From positions 1 to 59,589 of the IMG/VR virus record IMGVR_UViG_3300044463_000021: a DNA stretch of 59,589 nt; one strand, written 5' to 3'. Positions 15,205 through 23,536 of the stretch are shown here, in pieces. Each line of letters opens with the position of its first letter. Position 1 is the stretch's first letter. Made by a program: the position numbers and the translations under genes. The stretch comes from a virus. The notes beneath the pieces are model-generated. The model was not told where the DNA came from. It ran no database searches and worked only from the letters and a program-made list of their open reading frames with translations.

Positions 15205-18200
15205 CAGCCCGCCGCCGGATTCCACGTCGCCTTCACAGTTCCCCGACATCGGTCCCGGCCGAGGCAGCCCCGATACTTGCCGCCGCCGTAGTCCACCCAC
15301 GCCGCGATCCACGACGGATAGACGGTGCCGTCGACAGCACCACACTGAATGCAGTTATGGACGAGCACGCCCTCGGTCCAGAACGTCTCGTCGCCAGGGA
15401 CCGTGAAGTCGTATACCTCACCGCAATAATCGTCGTACTCGACACGGGAAATCGTTGACAGCACTACAATTGAGGTATCGAAAAGGTCTGCATCACCTGT
15501 GGCAGAGCGGTCAAGAAGGGACCGCTCTGCAAAGGATGTTCCGTCCGGGCGGCCTGGCATCGCCGAAACCCGGACTACACGCCGCCCACTTGCAAACTGT
15601 GCGGAATCGTCATGACCAAGTCCAACAGGGCCACCGCTGTGTACTGCTCCAACGCATGCAAGTTCGCCGACCCCGAAGTTCGGGCCAAGCTCGGCGCGCC
15701 GAAGCGCGGCCCCATCAAGACTTGCCCCGGATGTGGAACGGACTTCCAAGTCGCTGCCGGTATCGCCCACCGCTACAACTACTGCTCCAAAGCTTGCAGC
15801 AACAACCGTGGAGTCGACGCGATCTGCCAAAGGTGCGGATCCGCCTTCCGGCACAGCCGGACCCAGAACCGCCACTACTGCAGCGAGGCCTGCCGGCGAC
15901 CCCCCATCATCGTCAGCTGCGCTCACTGCGGCACCGAGTTCAGGATCTTGCCAGCCAAGTCGGGCATCAACAACTACTGCACCCAGCGGTGCTACTTTGC
16001 CAGCGGAACCGAGACCAGCATCGAACGTGTGGTCCGCGAAACCCTCGAATACCTGGGCTACAGCCACCGGACCCAGGCCCAGATCGGACGCTGGACTGTC
16101 GACTTTGTTGTCGGTACCTGGCTCGTCATCGAAGCAGACGGTGCCTACTGGCACTCGTTGCGCCCAGATGTTGACCTGCGGAAGACCACCGACCTGTCCC
16201 GGCGCGGCTTCCATGTCTGGCGACTGCCTGAGTCCGAAATCCTCGCCACCGGGTTCGCCGCAGACCTTGAGCGTCGCTTGGTCGACCACGAGGTCGCCTT
16301 CGGCGAGATCGCCCGCTTCACGCCAGGCGAATCCATCCCCGTCGCGTACCAGCACAGGGTGGTCCCACGTCAGGCGAAGCGTTCTGCCGTCCGCCAGGTG
16401 CACCCTGGTCAGCTGCTCATGGACTTCGGAGACGGTGATTACTGACGGCCTCGTCCAGTTGCCCGCATGGGTCAGCAGTTCGTCGTCGAGGGTGACGTCC
16501 TTGGCGTAGACAAGCCCCGCCGGTGTGGTCACCCGCATGTCAGGCGCGAGACACGTATTGACGTCGTTCACTTCGGCGCTGCTGTAGATGATCTGCGGGA
16601 CGTAGTCGTCATCAACGGGCAGCACTGGATCGCCGGGAGACCCGGGGTCGCCGCCCGCCGCTGACTCCACCTCACGCGCCCCAAGCAGACGCCCCTGATT
16701 TTGGGCACGCGTCAGGACACCGCCCAGCTGCCCCGACAGCGCCCGATCCGACAGGCCGTCCAGCGCACCATCCACTGCAGCCAAAACCTCGGCCGGCGGC
16801 ACGCCAGGCGCGAACGCAGACACCGCAGCCCTCGCCGCCACAGCCGCAAACCCGGCACCGAGAAGGACTGCGGCGGCCACAGCCACCGGACCCAACATCG
16901 ACTCATCCGGGGCCGGCGGCTCCACCACAGGTGCACCCTGCGCCGCCAGATCGTCCACCACCCGCTGTCCCGACACCGCCGCAAGGTCTGTCATCGCCGC
17001 CGTGATCGCAGCAGCAGCCTCACCCGTCGACACCGACATGCGCGCGAGAGCGGCAGGGTCGTTCGCGGCGACCGCCTGCTCCACCTGGGCACGGATCTCC
17101 ACACGCTGAGCCGCAGACACCGCGGGCCACGCCGCCAGCAACGCTGCCAGCGCTGTCTCCCAGTCGCCCTGCACACCCGCCAGCTCCGGATCATCCGTCG
17201 GCGCCTGATTGCGTAGCGTCGGCGCGAGCAGTGCCTGCAACGGATCCGGCTTACCCGCAGGCTTACCGCCCGGCACACCGGGGGCTGCAGGCGGGGCTGG
17301 AGGCTCAGGCTTCTCAAACTTGATGGCTGGCAGCCCAAACTTTTCACACGCATCCGCGAAATCAGCACCCAACGGCACCAGGGTGGCGACCGCTTGAACC
17401 CTCGACGTCCGCGACGTGTTCTCCGCCTCAGTGTCCTCCGAAACCGGGGACACGTAGTCGAACTCCAGCCCGACACCCGTGCTGCCGAACTGCGGCAAAA
17501 CCCTCCGGTTCAGGGCACCCTTCCAGCGTTCCAGACGCGGTACGAGCAGCCACTGCGCAAACATGGCGATCGACGCCTCGCCCTGCGCCCGGTTGACATC
17601 GTCAACCTCGCCCAACGCAAACTTGGGGAACCCGTACGCCTGCTTGATGCCGGCCTCGGTCACCCCACGCAGCTCGGTGAACTGCATGTCCCGCTGCGAG
17701 ATGGTCCGCTCAACCCACTTGCCGTGCTCCAGCAGCGCCACCCGGTGCGCGTTGGCTACGCCGCGGTGCTGCTCATTCCACCGTTCACGCAGCTCGTTGA
17801 ACTCGTTGTCGGACAGCGTCTTGGGGACTTCGATGATGCCGCCCGGCTCCGCAGAGTTGAGGAAGAAGTTGCGGTTCCACTCCATGCTGTACCGGGTCGA
17901 GTCGATGTCGGCCTGCACCGAGCGGATCGGACCCAGGCCGCGGTAGTGGTTGTTCGGGTCCGGCCGGCGGATGAACACCACATCGGTGGGCAGCAGCGGC
18001 ACCGGCTCACCGTCAGGGGACCGGTACACGTAGCCGAGGAGGAACTTTTTCGCATCCGGGACCGGTTCCATCCGGTCCGGGCGGATCGGCCACAACTCCA
18101 GCGGGATCGACGCCTTCGACGATTTGCCGATCACCAGCCACGTTTCGCCGGTCAAATCCTGATGCTGCTGCCCAGCCTCGAAAAGTTCCTGCCGCGAGTA

Positions 18201-18515
18201 GAACCGGTTGGGTTCCTGAATCAGGTCCAGGGCGGCGTGGGAGGTGACCTCGGTCCGGTCCTCCTTCAAGCCCGACTTGGCTTTCTTCCACAGCTTCCAC
18301 TCGACGAGGCTGACCGAGGTGGCGAGGCGGTCGACGATGCCGAACACGACACCCGCCGCGTCCATCGCGCTCAGCGCCTGCGTGGTACCCGGATTGCGCA
18401 GCTGCGATGAGAAGATCCCACCTGATGTACGGCCGGTCATCGGCACAGGCGTGTCCATCGTTGCCGGCGCGACGTTCGCGGGGCGGGACAGGACAGCACC
18501 CAGGAACGACTTCAT
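15204..18515 (-). CDS. Portal protein (HK97 family) fused to a MuF-like head morphogenesis domain, interrupted by a 400-codon intein.
   Basis: Portal-type N-terminal ~400 aa. The MuF C-terminal motif is split as ...SSAEVNDVNT / intein / CIQCGAVDGTVYPSW. ATGA coupling to the upstream small gene. Confidence 0.9.
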   Translation of the reverse strand: MKSFLGAVLSRPANVAPATMDTPVPMTGRTSGGIFSSQLRNPGTTQALSAMDAAGVVFGIVDRLATSVSLVEWKLWKKAKSGLKEDRTEVTSHAALDLIQEPNRFYSRQELFEAGQQHQDLTGETWLVIGKSSKASIPLELWPIRPDRMEPVPDAKKFLLGYVYRSPDGEPVPLLPTDVVFIRRPDPNNHYRGLGPIRSVQADIDSTRYSMEWNRNFFLNSAEPGGIIEVPKTLSDNEFNELRERWNEQHRGVANAHRVALLEHGKWVERTISQRDMQFTELRGVTEAGIKQAYGFPKFALGEVDDVNRAQGEASIAMFAQWLLVPRLERWKGALNRRVLPQFGSTGVGLEFDYVSPVSEDTEAENTSRTSRVQAVATLVPLGADFADACEKFGLPAIKFEKPEPPAPPAAPGVPGGKPAGKPDPLQALLAPTLRNQAPTDDPELAGVQGDWETALAALLAAWPAVSAAQRVEIRAQVEQAVAANDPAALARMSVSTGEAAAAITAAMTDLAAVSGQRVVDDLAAQGAPVVEPPAPDESMLGPVAVAAAVLLGAGFAAVAARAAVSAFAPGVPPAEVLAAVDGALDGLSDRALSGQLGGVLTRAQNQGRLLGAREVESAAGGDPGSPGDPVLPVDDDYVPQIIYSSAEVNDVNTCLAPDMRVTTPAGLVYAKDVTLDDELLTHAGNWTRPSVITVSEVHEQLTRVHLADGRTLRLTWDHPVLVRDGDGFAWREAGDLAEGDLVVDQATLKVCGEPGGEDFGLRQSPDMEAAPGQVGGLPQVNIWAQRVPVGTVCFDDEPGTDNKVDSPASDLGLGPVAVAQVFEGFADHTFDAGLGSAGKVAPLGAVVVDARLGWQDPELGAAVSAADDDGGSPAGLAAVVAVLGPAVPEGGSAPLADRVDSTVVAASFGAVVVAVGDTGSDLEVRSTSGASLDGAALRRAELGPNFGVGELACVGAVHSGGPVGLGHDDSAQFASGRRVVRVSAMPGRPDGTSFAERSLLDRSATGDADLFDTSIVVLSTISRVEYDDYCGEVYDFTVPGDETFWTEGVLVHNCIQCGAVDGTVYPSWIAAWVDYGGGKYRGCLGRDRCRGTVKATWNPAAG
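15455..15470 (+). promoter_or_regulatory. Promoter-like hexamers TTGACA (15455-15460) and TACAAT (15465-15470) just 5' of the nested ORF frame opening.
   Basis: They sit in a local AT-richer patch. The spacing between the two hexamers is not canonical, so they cannot form one -35/-10 pair. Confidence 0.25.
15612..16445 (+). CDS. Antisense-nested endonuclease: a tandem zinc-ribbon array plus a DUF559/Vsr-like PD-(D/E)xK nuclease. It has 277 aa from the first ATG, and the frame is open from 15474.
   Basis: Four or five modules of C-x2-C-G...Y-C-[ST]-x2-C, then RWTVDFVVGTWLVIEADGAYWH...RRGFHVWRL. Plus-frame codons mostly end in G/C. The ORF lies wholly inside the intein. Confidence 0.65.
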   Translation: MTKSNRATAVYCSNACKFADPEVRAKLGAPKRGPIKTCPGCGTDFQVAAGIAHRYNYCSKACSNNRGVDAICQRCGSAFRHSRTQNRHYCSEACRRPPIIVSCAHCGTEFRILPAKSGINNYCTQRCYFASGTETSIERVVRETLEYLGYSHRTQAQIGRWTVDFVVGTWLVIEADGAYWHSLRPDVDLRKTTDLSRRGFHVWRLPESEILATGFAADLERRLVDHEVAFGEIARFTPGESIPVAYQHRVVPRQAKRSAVRQVHPGQLLMDFGDGDY

Positions 18516-18763
18516 CTGCGGGCCGTCGTGTCAGGCTCCGCCGACTTCTCCCTGGTGAAGTCCAGCAGCAGACACGAGATCCCGGCCGCGGTCAGACCGG
18601 CCCAGGTGGTGTAAGTGAACGCGGCGGCGGTGAGCAGGCCGAACCCGGCGACGGAAAGGACACCACTGCGGATCGTGCCCGCGTGGCGTGCCAGCTTGCC
18701 AACAAAGCTTTGAGTCAAAAGGGTGGGCCTCACCGTCGCTTGTGATCGCGATGATGGGTCCAA
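18512..18763 (-). CDS. Small membrane protein between terL and the portal gene (up to 83 aa; start uncertain).
   Basis: Two hydrophobic segments, VLSVAGFGLLTAAAF and WAGLTAAGISCLLL. ATGA overlap with the portal start. Confidence 0.4.
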   Translation of the reverse strand: MDPSSRSQATVRPTLLTQSFVGKLARHAGTIRSGVLSVAGFGLLTAAAFTYTTWAGLTAAGISCLLLDFTREKSAEPDTTARR

Positions 18764-18844
18764 GACCGTCTGTCAACCAACGTTTACGGCGGGACAGGCG
18801 GGAACGTGTGACAGCTGGTCACAAAAGTTGACGCACAGTCCAAA

Positions 18845-20347
18845 TCAGAGCCAGCGGACGTTCGGTCGCACGCCGGTGTGGAAGGCCAAAAGCAAGGCGT
18901 CTGCATTGTCGGGCGACCGCTTCAGCCGCTTGCGGATCTCCTCCTTCTTCTCCACCTGGATCTTGCCCTTGTCGTTGATGAACCACTGCGCCTCCAACAG
19001 CTGGGCCACGGTGGTGTCGGCGTTGTCCATGCGCGACAAATCCCAGCCGCCACGCTCCGACAGGATCCGGCCGACATCCCACCACAGCTGGGCGCGCAGG
19101 TTCTGGTACTTGTCCGACTCCGATGCACCCTCGGCCACGTTCACGCCGATGATCTGTGCACTGTGCACGCCCTTCACCGACAGGTTCCGCAGCTCGCCGA
19201 TGACACCGAAACCGACGCCGATCGAGTCGATTTTCACTGCTGTCGCACCCGTGTCCAGGATGGCCTTGAGGACCATTGGGGCGAGCAGCTCAGGCCTGTC
19301 GGTGTGCGCCCGCCACTCCCGGCCGGCCACCCGGCCGCGGCGTTCCCGGATCACCGTCTCATCCCCACCACCGCCCACGTCGACACCAAGCTCGACAGGC
19401 AGCAGATCGTCGGCTGTGTACTTCAGCTCATGGTCCAGGCGGCATTTGGCCACATCGGAGGTCCGCACGATCTGATGTTCGGAGTCCTCGCTGAACTCGC
19501 CCAGCACCTTCGACAGGTACAGCGGGTTGTCCTCACCCCACTCCAGGAGCTTCTCCTGCACCCAGTCTCTGCCGACCAGGGCCAGGGCGATCTCTTCCGG
19601 CACTTCCTCGCCGGTCAGGTTGGGGGAGTCGAACGCGGAGATGCCGATGACGTTCCAGCCCGAACCCGGCCGGCACACCTTGCGAAAGTAGGAGGCGGGG
19701 TTGTCGGGGTTGCCGATAGCGAACAGCCGGCAGTCGGAGTTGGTGGTCAACGCGTCCGCGGCGATCCACAGCTGCTCCGGAATTCCGCACGCTTCGTCGA
19801 TGATGACCAGGACGTAGCGGGCGTGGATGCCCTGGAAGGCGGCCTCATCGTGGTCGGCGGGTTTGCGGCCGAAGGCCACGAGTTCGTCGTCGATCAGCCA
19901 TTCCACCTGGTTGAGACGCCCGGACAGCCGCCCGCGGCGGAACGCCTTGCGGATGTAGCGCCACAGGATCGCCTTGACCTGGGCTCCCGTCGGCGCGGTC
20001 GAAACTACGAACGCGGTGCCGGGCGGGTGGGTGTCCAGCCACCAGCAGGCGATCAACCCCGCGGTCCAGCTCTTCCCGACGCCGTGGCCGGAGCGGACCG
20101 CGGTACGCCGATTGTCGCGGACCGACTCCATGATTTGCGCCTGTTTCGACCACACCTGCCAGCCGCGAAGCCGTTCCCGCACCCACCCGACCGGGTTGTG
20201 CTGGTACTTGGCGGCCATCTCCTTCGCGGTCTTCTTCTCCACCGCCGTCCTGAGCTGGTCGCGGATGGCTCGCAGGGCGCGGGTGTCACCGGCGCGGACG
20301 AGAGCGTTGACCTGAGCCTGGATCGACTCGATCGTCGGCGTGGTCAT
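18845..20347 (-). CDS. terL: Terminase large subunit (500 aa).
   Basis: Walker A-like RSGHGVGKSW, Walker B VLVIIDEACGI, and a C-terminal nuclease-type region. Confidence 0.9.
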   Translation of the reverse strand: MTTPTIESIQAQVNALVRAGDTRALRAIRDQLRTAVEKKTAKEMAAKYQHNPVGWVRERLRGWQVWSKQAQIMESVRDNRRTAVRSGHGVGKSWTAGLIACWWLDTHPPGTAFVVSTAPTGAQVKAILWRYIRKAFRRGRLSGRLNQVEWLIDDELVAFGRKPADHDEAAFQGIHARYVLVIIDEACGIPEQLWIAADALTTNSDCRLFAIGNPDNPASYFRKVCRPGSGWNVIGISAFDSPNLTGEEVPEEIALALVGRDWVQEKLLEWGEDNPLYLSKVLGEFSEDSEHQIVRTSDVAKCRLDHELKYTADDLLPVELGVDVGGGGDETVIRERRGRVAGREWRAHTDRPELLAPMVLKAILDTGATAVKIDSIGVGFGVIGELRNLSVKGVHSAQIIGVNVAEGASESDKYQNLRAQLWWDVGRILSERGGWDLSRMDNADTTVAQLLEAQWFINDKGKIQVEKKEEIRKRLKRSPDNADALLLAFHTGVRPNVRWL

Positions 20348-20374
20348 GGGCGTTCGTCACGTTCCGTGTTCACT

Positions 20375-20424
20375 GAAGATCCGAATTGGATGCCAGCCCG
20401 GGGAATCGGCATAGAATGATCTTC
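20375..20424 (-). other. Bulged hairpin in the unusual 114-bp terS-terL spacer.
   Basis: GAAGATC (20375-81) pairs with GATCTTC (20418-24), and an inner ATGCC pairs with GGCAT. Confidence 0.3.
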
Positions 20425-20461
20425 GAATCGGGGGCTTGGGCCTGCCACCGACTACCCTCAG

Positions 20462-21016
20462 TCATTCCGCACCGCCCATCGCAACGAGCAGCTCCCCGAT
20501 CTCCCGCCCAATGTTCTCCGCCTCCACAGACACCCGCTGCGGAGCATCCAACCCAAGCAGTCGAGCCCGGCGCTCAGCAGCCTTCTGCTTCGACTCCTCG
20601 ATCTGACGCAGCCGATCAGCAGCCTGCAGCACAAACCCGTCATCCTCAAGCGGCTCATCATCGAGACAGATCAGCTTCCCGGACGAGACGGTGTAATGCC
20701 GGTTCTCCAACGTCCGCATCACCATCGCCCGCATCCCGTCATAGCGCAGCAGCTGCTCGTCGAGGCGCTCCAGCTCCAGCCTCTTCGCATCCTCGGCCGG
20801 CTCCTGCACGATGTCCCTAAGCGCCCGCTGCACCGCCTCGTGCGCCGTGGTCGCCTCGACGCCCATCTCGGCGCCTATAGCCCGGTAGCTGTAGCCCTTG
20901 GCTCGAAGGCTCGCCGCGTAGGCGTCCCGCTCAGCTGTTTCCGGGCTGCGGATGTACTTGCCGTCGGGTCCTCGCGTGGCATCGGTCTGGCGTGGTGTCG
21001 GCTCCTGGCTGCTCAT
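20462..21016 (-). CDS. terS: Terminase small subunit (184 aa) with an HTH.
   Basis: ATG at 21016 (MSSQEPTPRQ). HTH GYSYRAIGAEMGVEATTAHEAVQRAL. Coiled-coil C-terminal region. It lies upstream of terL. Confidence 0.65.
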   Translation of the reverse strand: MSSQEPTPRQTDATRGPDGKYIRSPETAERDAYAASLRAKGYSYRAIGAEMGVEATTAHEAVQRALRDIVQEPAEDAKRLELERLDEQLLRYDGMRAMVMRTLENRHYTVSSGKLICLDDEPLEDDGFVLQAADRLRQIEESKQKAAERRARLLGLDAPQRVSVEAENIGREIGELLVAMGGAE

Positions 21017-21261
21017 GTTGGCCTGCCATTGCTGTTCGGCTCGGTCTTCCGCACCAGTATGAGTGCGCTGTCCATGATGGCGATGAGGGCGAGGAGTTTC
21101 TTGCTGGGTATTTCGCGTTTTCCTGTGAGCCATTTGCTGACGGTGCTGGTGGAGACACCGAGCCGCCCGGCGAGGTCTGCGTAGGTGAGTCCGTCGTGGT
21201 GTCGTTTGGTGTCAGCCCATTTGAGGAGGGCAGGGATGTCGGTGATGGGCTGGGTGGTCAT
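21013..21261 (-). CDS. HTH DNA-binding protein, XRE-like (82 aa).
   Basis: LTYADLAGRLGVSTSTVSKWLTGKREIP. ATGA overlap with terS. Confidence 0.6.
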   Translation of the reverse strand: MTTQPITDIPALLKWADTKRHHDGLTYADLAGRLGVSTSTVSKWLTGKREIPSKKLLALIAIMDSALILVRKTEPNSNGRPT

Positions 21262-21572
21262 CAGCAGCACACTCCGTTCGGGATGTGGTAGTCGCCTCGG
21301 CAGCCACAGTCGCAGCCGTCCAAGATGCCTCGGCGCTCCAGCTTGGCGAACTTGGCCATCATCACCTTGGCCAGTCCTGGTGGCGCATATTCGCCGAGGA
21401 GCTGGCGAAGTTCGGCTTCCACGTCCCAGCGCATCCTCCAGGTTGATGGTGTGCTGCCGGAGACGCCGTCGGCGAGTAGGACGGCGCAGATCATGAGGTC
21501 GTCTGGGATGTGTTTGCATTGGAATTGTTTGCGTTGCGGGTGATGTTGTATGCGGGAGCTCCAGCTGCTCAT
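21261..21572 (-). CDS. Hypothetical Cys-rich protein (103 aa).
   Basis: The C-terminus reads GILDGCDCGCRGDYHIPNGVCC. It is coupled to its neighbours. Confidence 0.5.
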   Translation of the reverse strand: MSSWSSRIQHHPQRKQFQCKHIPDDLMICAVLLADGVSGSTPSTWRMRWDVEAELRQLLGEYAPPGLAKVMMAKFAKLERRGILDGCDCGCRGDYHIPNGVCC

Positions 21573-21931
21573 GGTGTGCCGCCTGCTGCCGGGCATTTGG
21601 TGTCGTGGTTTGTGATCTTCGCGGCGAGGGCTGTCCATTTGATGGGCATGCCTTCGTCGTGGATGGATTGGCCGCAGCGGTCGCAGTCGGCGGCGGAGAG
21701 TGTGACGTCGGGCCAGGCGATCCTCCAGTCCTCGAACTCGATGTCGAGGCGGTCTATCGCGTCGAGTACTTTGCCGATCGTCTCGTGGGTGAGGTCTGTT
21801 TCACCGGACAGCTCGGCGAGCACTGAGGTGCGGTCGTAGCGGGGTTTGAAGGACTCGCAGTCGCTGTAGCCGGGGCATTTGCGGTCGAAGACGCATTTGT
21901 TGTTTTCTTGCTGCTCGCAGAGGTTGGTCAT
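21569..21931 (-). CDS. Hypothetical Cys-rich protein (120 aa).
   Basis: RBS AGGAGA. MTNLCEQQENNKCVFDRKCPGYSDCESF...CDRCGQSIH. Confidence 0.55.
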   Translation of the reverse strand: MTNLCEQQENNKCVFDRKCPGYSDCESFKPRYDRTSVLAELSGETDLTHETIGKVLDAIDRLDIEFEDWRIAWPDVTLSAADCDRCGQSIHDEGMPIKWTALAAKITNHDTKCPAAGGTP

Positions 21932-22149
21932 GGTTGTCTCCTGGGTCCCAGCACTACGTATACGAACGGTTCGGGTGTCTTGTCGCCCTGCGGATACCAG
22001 GCCACTGTCCGGACGTAGAGGACGTTGTCGCCGACGTGGACCGGCTCTCCTTCGCGGGGGGGCGGCCAGCCATCCGGCCAGGTTATGGGGGTCCAGTCGG
22101 TGAAGCCGACAATGCGGATCTTTACGGCGGCAGCAACGAGGGTGCTCAT
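21928..22149 (-). CDS. Hypothetical protein (73 aa).
   Basis: ATG at 22149 (MSTLVAAAVKIRIVGFTDW). ATGA overlaps at both ends. The rest of the 359-aa track ORF is Arg/Pro-rich out-of-frame read-through. Confidence 0.5.
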   Translation of the reverse strand: MSTLVAAAVKIRIVGFTDWTPITWPDGWPPPREGEPVHVGDNVLYVRTVAWYPQGDKTPEPFVYVVLGPRRQP

Positions 22150-23207
22150 GGTGTGGTGTCCTCCGTTCCAACTCCGGTGATCTTGGCGGCGAGTTTGTCG
22201 ATGGGCGTGAGGCATGGGCAGTAGCGGCAGCCGAGTTGGGCGTGTTCGGCGATGGGGTGTTGGCAGCTGCACGAGCCGATGACGTAGAGGTCTGTCAGGT
22301 GGGCGTGGCGGTCGGAGTTGTCGAACATCCGGTCGCGTGCCCGCTGCAGATCGTTGAGGGTGAGTACGTCCCCAACCGGAAACTGTGGCTGGTCGGCGTC
22401 CTCGAGGTGGCGTTCGTAGGCGAGCCGGTTGGCTTTCTCCTGCTCGGCGCGGGCGAACGTGGTGTCCGCGGTGCCGCTGGTAGGACAGCAGCAGCCTTGG
22501 TGGTCGCAGCCGTTCCAGGCGTGCCATTGGCTGCTGTGTCCACAGTTGGGGCATTGGGTGACGTTGAAGACCGCGCCGAGTTTGAGCTGGGCGTCGCTCC
22601 ATGGCTCGCAGTTGCCCGCGTCTCGCGCGTCGAGTGCGGCTTGGACCTGTTCGGGTGTGGCGTCGACCGTCCACTCGTAGCCGATCTTGTTGACTTCGAG
22701 GATGGTCGTGGTGTCGAACGCGAGCCCGGCTGCACCAGCGCCCAGGAGCGGCAGAAACTCCTCGTTGAGCTTTTTGGTCGCACTGGCAAGGCATCGGTGG
22801 AAGGCGTCGGCAAAGGATTCTTCGTCGCAGTGGTGGCAGCCCGGTCCGGTGCAGTCGACGAGGTGGCGGTAGCCGGGGATGATGTGCTGTTTTGGTTCGA
22901 AGGGCAGCCAGCCGGGATCGATTCTGCGGCCGTCGCAGCCTTCGCGGGTGCACGCGTAGGTGGTGATCTTTTCGGCGAGGTGGGTGGTGTTCCACCCGTC
23001 GCCCCACTGGTGGCCGTTGGCGCAGGCCTCCTCGATCGCGCGGAGCTGGTCGCGGGCGTCTCTGATCGCGACCGAGATGGCAACGGTCAGCTTGGAGGCG
23101 GCTTCGGGCGTGAACTCTTCGGCGTCGAGGTCTCCGTCACGTGATGCGTATCCGACGGTGATCAGGATCTTGCCGTGTTTGGCGTAGGCCTGGGGCTGTT
23201 CGGTCAT
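22146..23207 (-). CDS. Hypothetical Cys/His-rich protein (353 aa).
   Basis: ATG at 23207 (MTEQPQAYAKHGK). There are many C/H clusters, including CTGPGCHHCDE, CPNCGHSSQWHAWNGCDHQGCCCP and CSCQHPIAEHAQLGCRYCPC. Confidence 0.6.
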   Translation of the reverse strand: MTEQPQAYAKHGKILITVGYASRDGDLDAEEFTPEAASKLTVAISVAIRDARDQLRAIEEACANGHQWGDGWNTTHLAEKITTYACTREGCDGRRIDPGWLPFEPKQHIIPGYRHLVDCTGPGCHHCDEESFADAFHRCLASATKKLNEEFLPLLGAGAAGLAFDTTTILEVNKIGYEWTVDATPEQVQAALDARDAGNCEPWSDAQLKLGAVFNVTQCPNCGHSSQWHAWNGCDHQGCCCPTSGTADTTFARAEQEKANRLAYERHLEDADQPQFPVGDVLTLNDLQRARDRMFDNSDRHAHLTDLYVIGSCSCQHPIAEHAQLGCRYCPCLTPIDKLAAKITGVGTEDTTP

Positions 23208-23536
23208 CGCTTCTCCAAAGTCCCTACATAGGTATCGGCCTGCGAATCGTCGGTAACTTCGATCTTGGCTTCGTCTTCCTTGGCAGCACGTGCTCGGTCG
23301 GCGATCCATTCCCGGGTCGCCACCTCATAGCCGCCGCGTGTGATCGTCTCGTCCGCGAAGATCGGCGTGCCCATGAGCGGGCTAAGGCCGCCACCTGCCC
23401 AGATCGGCTTCGGCTCCGTGCGTGGCAGCAGCCCGATGTCGTCGGGGTGCATGCGGATGCCCGGCACCCACGACCACGCCTGTGCTGCATCGACGCGTTT
23501 GAGGTACTGCCCGAGCTTGTCGACGATGTCGCTCAC
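23204..23536 (-). CDS. Hypothetical protein (110 aa).
   Basis: Coupled ORF with ATGA overlaps. Confidence 0.55.
   Translation of the reverse strand: MSDIVDKLGQYLKRVDAAQAWSWVPGIRMHPDDIGLLPRTEPKPIWAGGGLSPLMGTPIFADETITRGGYEVATREWIADRARAAKEDEAKIEVTDDSQADTYVGTLEKR

Larger units (their letters stand above)
15354..16553 (-). mobile_element. Hint-type intein (codons 655-1054 of the portal-MuF ORF).
   Basis: Cys1 CLAPDMRVTTPAGLVYAKDV. Block B RLTWDHPVLV. C-terminal EVYDFTVPGDETFWTEGVLVHN followed by +1 Cys. It is inserted in the conserved T-C-x2-C...DG motif. Confidence 0.85.

Noticed and set aside
15455-16174. 239-aa plus-strand ORF (TTG start) in a second plus frame inside the intein.
   Set aside because: Its translation is Gln/Arg/Leu/Pro-rich without motifs. 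The neighbouring plus frame carries the zinc-ribbon and nuclease signatures.
20405-20435. TTCGAATCGGGGG in the terS-terL spacer, considered as a possible tRNA fragment.
   Set aside because: No complementary T stem or cloverleaf exists on either strand. The segment is better explained as one arm of an imperfect hairpin.
21928-23007. 359-aa minus-strand ORF overlapping the Cys/His-rich gene.
   Set aside because: It is an Arg/Pro-rich alternative frame. Only its last 73 codons (21928-22149), which start at an ATGA-coupled ATG, look coding.
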